Positions 1 to 6,636 of a stretch of 12,687 nucleotides of DNA are shown here, one piece after another (position 1 is the stretch's first letter; every line of letters starts with the position of its first letter). Made by a program: the position numbers and the translations under genes. The notes below the pieces were generated by a model, which had not been told where the DNA came from, made no database searches, and saw nothing but the letters and a program-made list of their open reading frames with translations. Origin of the DNA: Polyangiaceae bacterium (GTDB lineage Bacteria > Myxococcota_A > Polyangia > Polyangiales > Polyangiaceae); assembly GCA_044222475.1 (NCBI GenBank), contig JBGANF010000189.1:1-12687 (forward strand), read 5' to 3'.

Positions 1-397
1 GGGGGTTCGACGCGATGCCGGTCGCGACCGACCGCTGGGCCGAGGCGCTCGCGGTCGCGCGCGCGAGCCGCGTCAGGACGGCGTTCGGGTAGCGATCGAC
101 GACGACCATCGCGTCGCCCGAGGGAGGCTCGCGCCCGAGGACGACGTCACCCGAGAGCGCCGCCGAGGTGCCGGCCACGGCCGACGCGCTCGACATCATG
201 GATCCGGATAGGACGATCCCATCTTGGGACAAGACCGCGACTGAGGACGACGCGTAGTCCGATGAGACGACGCCGAACCCGCGCGGACACTCGCCGACGC
301 GCGCCGGGAGCGTGACCCCTCCGCTCGGCGGCGGCGGGCTCGGCGTGCCGCAACCGAGCGCGAGGAGCACGACGGTCGATCGAAGGATGCGCTTCAT
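1..397 (-). CDS. Putative lipoprotein, 3'-truncated by the window edge; candidate cobalamin-uptake accessory protein (possible beta-propeller)
   Basis: Translated by hand; not in the ORF track because there is no stop in the window. The ATG at 397-395 overlaps the receptor TGA (ATGA coupling). Open for 132 codons to the edge: MKRILRSTVVLLALG-C16-GTPSPPPPSGG...GFGVVSSDYASSSVAVLSQDG...LSGDVVL...MVVVDRYPNAVLTRL...QRSVATGIASNP. It has a basic n-region, a hydrophobic core, a lipobox-like LALG/C, a Pro-rich tether and then short beta-strand-like segments. Confidence 0.85.
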   Translation of the reverse strand, partial: MKRILRSTVVLLALGCGTPSPPPPSGGVTLPARVGECPRGFGVVSSDYASSSVAVLSQDGIVLSGSMMSSASAVAGTSAALSGDVVLGREPPSGDAMVVVDRYPNAVLTRLARATASASAQRSVATGIASNP

Positions 398-2376
398 GGA
401 GTGTGGACCTCGAACGACAGGTAGGCGGAGCGACCGGGAAGGGGATACCCCACGACGTCGAAGCGCGCAGCGTCGAACGCGTTGGCGAGCCGAAACCGGA
501 TCGAGCTCGCCCGAAACGACAGCTCGGCCTCGACGTCGACGACGTCTTGGGACGGAATCGCGACGAGCCCGGCCGGGTCCGCGACGCGACCCGACTGGTG
601 GATCCAGCCCAGCGCGAGCGAGGCGTCCGTCGCTCCGATCGCGCGCACCGCTCCGGTGTGGGCCGCGACCCGAGGAGCGAAGATCCACCGCGAGCGAAAG
701 GGCAGGAGGTCGTTCGTCGTCGTCCGGTCCTCCGAGTCGTCGCGGGGATCCAGCAGCGTCAGCGCGACGGTGGCCTCGAAGTGGCGGAGCAGCGTCGCCG
801 CGAGCGCGAGCTCGCTGCCGAGGATCCTGGCCGAGCCGACGTTGTAGGGCGTCAGATACCCGAACGACGACCGGCGATACGCGATGAGATCGCTCGCGAA
901 GCGGGCAAAGACGAAGAGCTCGGCTCGGACCTCGGCCACCGCGCTCGGCTTGGTCGCTGCGCGCACTCCGATGTCGGCCGTGTAGCCCGACTCGGCGACG
1001 AGGTCCCCGTTGCCGCGCTGCGATCCCGAGACGCCATAGAGCTCACCCAGCGTCGGGCTCCGCGCGTAGCGGCCGAGGTTGACGAGGCCGACGATCGCGC
1101 CGTGCCCGAGCTGGCCGCCGAGCCGCACCGACGGCAGCGCGCGGAACGTGCTCCCTGCAGTCGCGCCCGTCGCCTCGACGTCGACCGCTCCGAGCGCTCG
1201 CAGGACCAAGAGCGCGTTCGGCGCCCACTCGACGAGCACCGCCGGGGCGCCGCGCACCCGCGTGCCCTCGAGATCGGGGCCGGCGCCACGGACCGCGAGC
1301 CGCTCCAGTCCTCCGCGAAGCACGCCGGTCACGGTCACTCGCTGCGAGACGTCGAGGCGAAGCGTGAGCGCTTCTTCGAGGCGTGACCCGAGGTAGCTCA
1401 CGATGGGCGAGCCGACGAAGATCTCGCCGAGCGGATCCGACGTCGTAGTGCGCGACACGAGGAACGACGTCGTCGAAGCGATCGCGCAGCGATCCTGGCT
1501 CGCGCACGGCCCGCGGATCGTCATCCCGCCGAGCTCGCGCGCGACGCGCGAGCGCACGGCGAGCGTGGGCAAGAGACCGATCCCGGGGACGCCTTGCTCG
1601 CGCGCCACGACGTTGACCAACCCGTCGAGCTGGGTCGCTCGATCGACGGTCGCGTGACCGAGAGCCCACACGTCCAGCGTCTCGGCGTCGGCGTTCGTGC
1701 GCCTCAGCACGCGGTCGTCGCTCGGGTCGAGCGCGGTGCCGCGATCGTCCTGGTACTCGTAGTCGTTCCTCGCTCGCTCCCATCGCACGCCCACGAGCGA
1801 AGCCGCCCGCGCGTCGCCGGTGCCGCCCCACGCCCAGCCGCCAGTCGCGCCGAAGCTGCCGCTGATCATGCCCGCGCCCGCTTCGTTGCGCCGAGGCACG
1901 CGCGGCTCGAGGAAGATCGCACCGCCGATCCCGAGCCGATCCGCGCGCAGCGGTGCGTTGCCGCGGTAGATCTCGATGCGGCGAAGGAGCCACGGTGGCG
2001 TGAGCGACAGATCGGCGGTTCCGCCGACGTCGTCGTTGAGCCGGATCCCACCGAGGTACACCGGAGTCTGCGCCGACGTCGCGCCGCGGATCGTCGCCGT
2101 CGCGAGCGCGCCGTAGCCGCCGGTGTCGGTGACCGCGACGCCGGGTTGTTCGCGAAGGAGCTCGACCGTTCGCGCCCCCGCGGCGGCGAGCCGCTTCTCG
2201 TCGACCACGCTGCCGGCCACGCTCGAGTCGGTGAGCCGCGGCGCCTTCGATCCGGGCGCGCGCACGTCCTCGACGGGGTCCGACGGGTCGGCCGCGTTTG
2301 CGCTCACGCTGCGGGTGAGGACCGCTGCGGTGACGAGGCCGACGAGGCCAGCGAGAAATGACGAACGGTGATGCAT
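394..2376 (-). CDS. btuB: TonB-dependent outer-membrane receptor, probably for cobalamin (BtuB-like), 660 aa
   Basis: Start placed at ATG 2376 (MHHRSSFLAGLVGLVTAAVLTRSVSANA, a signal peptide); the ORF-track extension to 2520 is riboswitch sequence. Plug motifs: LLREQPGV, ATIRG, VYLGGIRLND, ADLS, RIEIYRG, GGAI. Barrel motifs: RSPTLGELYG, GNGDLVAESG, NVGSARILGSE, NAFD, GYPLPGR. The B12 specificity, and so the symbol, is inferred from the upstream riboswitch, not from orthology. Confidence 0.88.
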   Translation of the reverse strand: MHHRSSFLAGLVGLVTAAVLTRSVSANAADPSDPVEDVRAPGSKAPRLTDSSVAGSVVDEKRLAAAGARTVELLREQPGVAVTDTGGYGALATATIRGATSAQTPVYLGGIRLNDDVGGTADLSLTPPWLLRRIEIYRGNAPLRADRLGIGGAIFLEPRVPRRNEAGAGMISGSFGATGGWAWGGTGDARAASLVGVRWERARNDYEYQDDRGTALDPSDDRVLRRTNADAETLDVWALGHATVDRATQLDGLVNVVAREQGVPGIGLLPTLAVRSRVARELGGMTIRGPCASQDRCAIASTTSFLVSRTTTSDPLGEIFVGSPIVSYLGSRLEEALTLRLDVSQRVTVTGVLRGGLERLAVRGAGPDLEGTRVRGAPAVLVEWAPNALLVLRALGAVDVEATGATAGSTFRALPSVRLGGQLGHGAIVGLVNLGRYARSPTLGELYGVSGSQRGNGDLVAESGYTADIGVRAATKPSAVAEVRAELFVFARFASDLIAYRRSSFGYLTPYNVGSARILGSELALAATLLRHFEATVALTLLDPRDDSEDRTTTNDLLPFRSRWIFAPRVAAHTGAVRAIGATDASLALGWIHQSGRVADPAGLVAIPSQDVVDVEAELSFRASSIRFRLANAFDAARFDVVGYPLPGRSAYLSFEVHTP

Positions 2377-2379
2377 CTT

Positions 2380-2543
2380 TCGAATCGCTTCCCCGCGGAA
2401 GCTTCGAGGGTGGCGCCTGCCTGTGATTCGAGGCGCATCTTCGGTCGGTCTTCGGGCTCGTGGTCGCTTGGCGTCCACACACCGCTGCGGGGCAGCTCCG
2501 GATTCGAACCGGATTCCCATGCCGACGAACCCGCCAGCACCGA
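2380..2543 (-). promoter_or_regulatory. Cobalamin (B12) riboswitch, compact form, with an RBS-proximal P13 hairpin
   Basis: The minus strand reads TCGGT-GCTGGCGGGTTCGTCGGCAT-GGGAA-TCCGG-TTCGAAT-CCGGA-GCTG-CCCCG-CAGC-GGTGT-GTGG-ACGCCAAGCGA-CCAC-GAGCCCGAAGACCG-ACCGA (2543-2441). This contains the P1 closure TCGGT/ACCGA, the P2 hairpin, GGGAA, a T-loop P4, a C-rich L5 and a B12-box-like AGCCCGAAGACC. The downstream hairpin TCGAA-GCTTCC-GCGG-GGAAGC-GA-TTCGA (2407-2380) carries GCGGGG, complementary to L5 CCCCGC. It lies directly 5' of a TonB-dependent receptor. Confidence 0.93.
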
Positions 2544-2553
2544 GGACTCGGCG

Positions 2554-2562
2554 AACCTAGCA
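2554..2562 (-). promoter_or_regulatory. Putative extended -10 element for the riboswitch/btuB transcript
   Basis: The minus strand has TG-C-TAGGTT (2562-2554), a TGn-TAnnnT pattern, ending 10 nt before the first riboswitch helix (2543). No convincing -35 was seen. Confidence 0.5.
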
Positions 2563-2582
2563 CAGACTCTCGCCGGTTCCGG

Positions 2583-2588
2583 TACCAT
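2583..2588 (+). promoter_or_regulatory. Putative -10 element for the MCP-cheA transcript
   Basis: TACCAT (TAnnnT) lies 10 nt before ATG 2599, with no Shine-Dalgarno in between. Confidence 0.4.
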
Positions 2589-2598
2589 CGCCCTGACC

Positions 2599-3387
2599 AT
2601 GGCTGGCGAAAAGCCGACGAGAAACCGATTCCTGAAGCTCCTCCGCAAGACCGCGTCGCGGCCGTCGCGCAGCGGAGCACGCTCGGCCGAGAGTGACGGG
2701 GCGCTCTGGACCACGCACGAACGCGCCGCCGCGTCCGCGAGGCTCGGAGGCGAGGCTTCCCAGCGCGTCGCCGCCGCGCTCGCGAAGAGCCGCGCCACCG
2801 TCGACGGGATCGCGGACCAAGCGCGCGCGGCGAGCTCGCGGCGTGACGAGATCGAGCGGGCCATCGGTCGACTCGGTGACGCATTCGAGCGACTCAACCT
2901 GGTGGCGCTCAACGCCGGCCTCGAGGGCGCGCGCCTCGGAGAGACCGCCGGTCGTTCACTGAACCTCGTAGGCGACGAGATCCGCGGTCACGTCGAGCGC
3001 GGCACCGCCGCGTCGCGCGACGTCGCCGATCTCGCGCGCGAAGCCGCCCGCACCGCCGCGTCGATCGGGATGCGGCTCGACGAAGTCCGCGCGCTCAGCG
3101 ACGAGGTCGCGAGCGACGCGAGCCGAGTCGCCAGCGCGATGACCGAGACCGAGCGAGCCCTGGCCGAGCTGTCGGAGCGCCTGCGAAAAGCGACCGGCAC
3201 CGATCCCGAGACCGCAAAGGCGATCGCCGACGCGACCGAGCACGGTCGAGCGCTCGTCGCTGCGCTCGGAACGCTCACCGGTCGCGTCCCGCGGGCCATC
3301 CTCGTCAATGCGCTGCGGCCGGTTCTCGAGCCGATCCTTCGCGTCGTCGTCGAAGAGGACGTCGAAGGCGAGGACGGCGCGACGTGA
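2599..3387 (+). CDS. Soluble methyl-accepting chemotaxis-like protein (signalling domain only, divergent), 262 aa
   Basis: NLVALNAGLEGARLGETAGRSLNLVGDEIR aligns to the MCP tip consensus NLLALNAAIEAARAGExGRGFAVVAxEVR. It is flanked by Ala-rich coiled-coil arms and has no TM segment. Start placed at ATG 2599 because the upstream part of ORF 2368 is antisense to the riboswitch. The stop overlaps the cheA start (GTGA). Confidence 0.82.
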   Translation: MAGEKPTRNRFLKLLRKTASRPSRSGARSAESDGALWTTHERAAASARLGGEASQRVAAALAKSRATVDGIADQARAASSRRDEIERAIGRLGDAFERLNLVALNAGLEGARLGETAGRSLNLVGDEIRGHVERGTAASRDVADLAREAARTAASIGMRLDEVRALSDEVASDASRVASAMTETERALAELSERLRKATGTDPETAKAIADATEHGRALVAALGTLTGRVPRAILVNALRPVLEPILRVVVEEDVEGEDGAT

Positions 3388-5402
3388 CCGAGCGCGATCC
3401 GGAGCTCACTCGGCTCCTCGTCCTCGAGATCGAGCGACACGCCTCTGCGCTGGACGACGAGGGCGGCGACGGAAGTCGGCGCGCGCTGCACGCGCTCAAG
3501 GGTTCGGCCTCGCTCGCGAACGAGCCGGAGCTCGCGGCCGAGCTCACCCACCTCGAACGCCGCCTGCTCCAGGGCGACCGGAGCGCGATCCCCGAGGCGC
3601 GAGCGCTGCTCGGCTCCGCCCGCGATCGACTCTCGCGCGGCAAGCGCGCGCTCGCGGTGGCGTGGCCCGAGCCACCGACGAGCCTCGTTGGCCGTCCGCT
3701 CGATCCCGAGCTCTTCCCCGCCTACCACTCCGAGGTCACCGACCGGCTCATCGCGATCGACGGGATCCTCGGCGACACCACGCCGGTGATCGAGAAGCAG
3801 ACCCTTCTGTACCGTCACCTTCACACGATCAAAGGCGCGGCCAGCGCGATCGGCGACGAGCCGATGGCGTGGTTCTGTCACGGCCTCGAGGACGACCTCA
3901 GGCAGGGCGGGCTCGGGATCGAGTCCGCCGTCCGCGCCGTCGACGAGATCGCGCGCTACCGAACCGTGCTCGGCGCGCTCCTCGACGATCCGGAGGCCGC
4001 CCTCGATCTCCTTCGCAAGACGAGTCGCCCGCGGAGCACCCACCCCACGCTCCCGCCCGACACCGATCGCGTCCGCGCCGAAGACGCCACCGTACGCGTC
4101 TCGTTCGGCGCGCTCGATCGACTCCTCTCCCGCATCTCGAGCGGAACGTTCGTCCGTGACTCCATCCAGAGCAGCGCCGCGCGCGAGGCCGCCGCAGCGG
4201 TGCGCGCGCGCACGCTTCGCGCCGAGCTCGCCGAGGCGCTCCGCCTCATCGGTCCGCCAAGGCCATGGGGCGCGCCCGCGGCTGCCATTCACCGCATCGA
4301 GCGCGTCGCGACCGCGCTCGGGTCGATGAGCGACGAGCTCGAAGCCTCGGCTGGAGAGGTGCGGCGTCGCGATCCGCTGCTCCGCGACGGGTTGCTCGCC
4401 GCGAAGAAGGAGCTCGCTCAGCTCCGCGAAGCGAACGTCGGGACGTTGTTCGCCCGCGTCGCGACCGCTGCCCTCAGCGAGGCGAAGCGCACGGGAAAAG
4501 AGATCACGATCCGCGCGAGCGGCGAGTCCGAGATGGTCGACCGTCGCGCCCTGGAGCTCCTCGCCGAGCCATGTTTGCAGATTGCACGCAATTCGGTGGC
4601 TCACGGGATCGAGGCTCCGTCGGAGCGAGAAGCGAAAGGCAAGCCACGCGTCGGGACGATCACGATCGCGGCGAAGAAGGTCGGAGGCCGCCTCCGGCTG
4701 TCGATCTCCGACGACGGCGCCGGTGTCGACGTGGCGGCCGTGCGCGCGCACGCGCTCGAGAGCGGCGCGGTCGGACCCGAGGTGGGCTCCCACGCCGACG
4801 ACGACACCCTCCTCGCGCTGCTCTTCTTGCCGGGGTTCTCGACGCGGAAGACGTCCGACCTCCTCGCCGGTCGCGGGGTCGGGCTCGACATCGTCCTCGG
4901 CGCGGTCCAGCGGCTGGGTGGCGGCATCCGCTTGTCGAGCAAGCTCGGGCACGGGCTCGACACGTTGATCGAGCTCCCCATCGAGCGCGGCGTGTCGCGC
5001 GTCGTGTTCCTTCGCTGCGGCCGCGACGAGTACGCGCTCGAAGCCGCGCAGATCGCGTTCGTCTCCGCCAACGATGGCGCTCTCGCGGAGCGGACACCGC
5101 ACCTCGCGTCGTGCCTCGATCGCGACGTCAACGCGATCGGGTCGATGCGGATCGAGCTCGTCGGCGAAGAGGGCGCCGATCAGGATCGCGCGCTGGTCGC
5201 GGTCGACGGCGTGTCGCACGCCGAGGAGCTGCTCGTTCGCCCGCTCACCGGACTGGTGAGCTCGCTCGGGCCCTTTGCCGGCGCCGTCCAGCGCGAAGGC
5301 GGGACGCTCAGCCTCGTGCTCGACGGCTTTGCGCTGGCGCCCCGCGCCCGGGCGCTCGCGCGCGTCCACGCGGGTGTGCCCAGCGAGCGCCCACGCGGGT
5401 AA
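3384..5402 (+). CDS. cheA: CheA-type histidine kinase with two HPt domains, dimerisation, HATPase and CheW-like domains, 672 aa
   Basis: HPt motifs RALH36ALKGSA and RHLH147TIKGAA; P3 TVRVSFGALDRL; N box QIARNSVAHGIE; G1 ISDDGAGVD; F box LFLPGFST; G2 GRGVGLDIV; C-terminal P5 (IELP...EYAL...VAVDGV...EELLVRPL...FAGA...GTLSLVLD). No receiver domain. Confidence 0.93.
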   Translation: MTERDPELTRLLVLEIERHASALDDEGGDGSRRALHALKGSASLANEPELAAELTHLERRLLQGDRSAIPEARALLGSARDRLSRGKRALAVAWPEPPTSLVGRPLDPELFPAYHSEVTDRLIAIDGILGDTTPVIEKQTLLYRHLHTIKGAASAIGDEPMAWFCHGLEDDLRQGGLGIESAVRAVDEIARYRTVLGALLDDPEAALDLLRKTSRPRSTHPTLPPDTDRVRAEDATVRVSFGALDRLLSRISSGTFVRDSIQSSAAREAAAAVRARTLRAELAEALRLIGPPRPWGAPAAAIHRIERVATALGSMSDELEASAGEVRRRDPLLRDGLLAAKKELAQLREANVGTLFARVATAALSEAKRTGKEITIRASGESEMVDRRALELLAEPCLQIARNSVAHGIEAPSEREAKGKPRVGTITIAAKKVGGRLRLSISDDGAGVDVAAVRAHALESGAVGPEVGSHADDDTLLALLFLPGFSTRKTSDLLAGRGVGLDIVLGAVQRLGGGIRLSSKLGHGLDTLIELPIERGVSRVVFLRCGRDEYALEAAQIAFVSANDGALAERTPHLASCLDRDVNAIGSMRIELVGEEGADQDRALVAVDGVSHAEELLVRPLTGLVSSLGPFAGAVQREGGTLSLVLDGFALAPRARALARVHAGVPSERPRG

Positions 5403-5414
5403 AGGTAGGAAGGC

Positions 5415-6635
5415 ATGTCTCCGAAGAAGTGGTTTCGGCGCCCCACCGTGTGGATTGGACTCGCCCTCGTGGTGTGCGTCGTGGGAGCTCTCGTCCTGCG
5501 CGCGCGCGGCCCCGCGGTGACCACCGCGCGCGCCGAGAGGCGCGACCTGGAGCAGCACGTCGTCGCGAGCGGTCGAGTGATGGCGCCAGCGCGCGTGAAC
5601 GTGGCGTCCCTGGCGTCGGGGCTCGTCGTTGCCGTCGGTGCCATCGAAGGGCAGCACGTGAAAGCGGGCGACCTCCTCGTTCAGCTCGAAGACGCGGAAG
5701 CACAAGCTCAGGTTGCCCAGGCCAAGGCATCCGTCGAGCAGGCCAACGCCCGGGTGGAGCAACTTCGTCGCGTCGGAGCGATCGTCGCGACCCAAGGTCT
5801 GAGCCAAGCGCAAGCCAACCTCGATCGCGCCGAAGCCGACTTCGACCGCCTGGAGAAGCTCGCGGCGTCGGGCGCGATTCCGCAATCCCAGCTCGACGAC
5901 GCACGGCGTACGCGTGACGTCGCGCGCGCTCAGAAGAACGCCGCCGAAGCCCAACAGATCGGGTCGGCGCCGCTCGGTGCGGACTCGCGCGTCGCACTGG
6001 GGGCCCTTCTTCAAGCTCAGGCCCAGCTCGCAGGCGCGAACGCCCGCGTGTCCCAGCTACGGATCGCCGCTCGCCAAGATGGCGTCGTGTTGACCCGCTC
6101 GGTCGAGCTCGGCGACATCGTACAGCCCGGTCGTACCATCATGGTACTCGCGGTCGATGGGGACGAGCACCTCGTCTTCCAGCCCGACGAGCGGAACCTC
6201 GCTCGCATCGAGCTCGGCCAGAAGGCGCGCGCTTCTGCCGATGCCTACCCGCAGGACGTCTTCGACTGCGAGGTCAGCTACGTCGCACCGTCCATCGACG
6301 CCCAACGAGGCACCGTCGAGATTCGCCTGCGGGTCCCCCATCCGCCAGCGTTCCTCCGCCCCGACATGACCGTCTCGATCGACCTCACGGTTGCCGAGAA
6401 GAAGAACGTGATCGTCGTCCCCACCGACGTCGTGCGCGGCCTCGCTGCACCGAAGCCGTACGTCCTCCTCGTCGATGATGGGCGGGCGGCTCGGCGTGAC
6501 GTCGTCTTGGGCATCCGCGGCGAGGGCTCGGTCGAGATCGTCTCAGGCATCGACGTCGGCGCTGACGTGATCGTGCCGGACGGTCAGGTCATCACGGCAG
6601 GACAGCGCGTCCGCGCCACGCCGAAGGAGCTCTGA
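5415..6635 (+). CDS. Efflux periplasmic adaptor / membrane-fusion protein (MacA/HlyD-like), 406 aa
   Basis: N-terminal TM anchor (VWIGLALVVCVVGALVL); lipoyl halves (ASGRV...SGLV...EGQHVKAGDLLVQL and IAARQDGVV...VELGDIVQPG); an Ala/Gln alpha-hairpin; a beta-barrel (DERNLARIELGQ, FLRPDMTV); and a membrane-proximal domain (VVPTDVV, VEIVSGI). Purine-rich RBS AGGTAGGAAGG upstream. Confidence 0.93.
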   Translation: MSPKKWFRRPTVWIGLALVVCVVGALVLRARGPAVTTARAERRDLEQHVVASGRVMAPARVNVASLASGLVVAVGAIEGQHVKAGDLLVQLEDAEAQAQVAQAKASVEQANARVEQLRRVGAIVATQGLSQAQANLDRAEADFDRLEKLAASGAIPQSQLDDARRTRDVARAQKNAAEAQQIGSAPLGADSRVALGALLQAQAQLAGANARVSQLRIAARQDGVVLTRSVELGDIVQPGRTIMVLAVDGDEHLVFQPDERNLARIELGQKARASADAYPQDVFDCEVSYVAPSIDAQRGTVEIRLRVPHPPAFLRPDMTVSIDLTVAEKKNVIVVPTDVVRGLAAPKPYVLLVDDGRAARRDVVLGIRGEGSVEIVSGIDVGADVIVPDGQVITAGQRVRATPKEL

Positions 6636-6636
6636 C

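Noticed and set aside
2498..2512. tRNA-like T-arm CCGG-TTCGAAT-CCGG on the minus strand
   Set aside because: There is no acceptor stem, D arm or anticodon arm; it is the P4 T-loop of the cobalamin riboswitch.
2377..2520. 48-aa N-terminal extension of the receptor ORF (start 2520)
   Set aside because: It reads through the riboswitch; the signal peptide begins at ATG 2376.
2368..2598. 77-aa N-terminal extension of the MCP ORF
   Set aside because: It is antisense to the riboswitch and promoter region, with atypical codons; ATG 2599 is preferred.
5366..5400. 10-bp direct repeat CCACGCGGGT (5366-5375, 5391-5400) at the cheA 3' end, upstream of the adaptor gene
   Set aside because: It is short and GC-rich, so plausibly chance. 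There is no matching copy at the far end of the cassette to suggest a target-site duplication.
2988..6014. 1008-aa minus-strand ORF
   Set aside because: Antisense shadow of MCP/cheA/adaptor caused by high-GC codon bias; no recognisable motifs.
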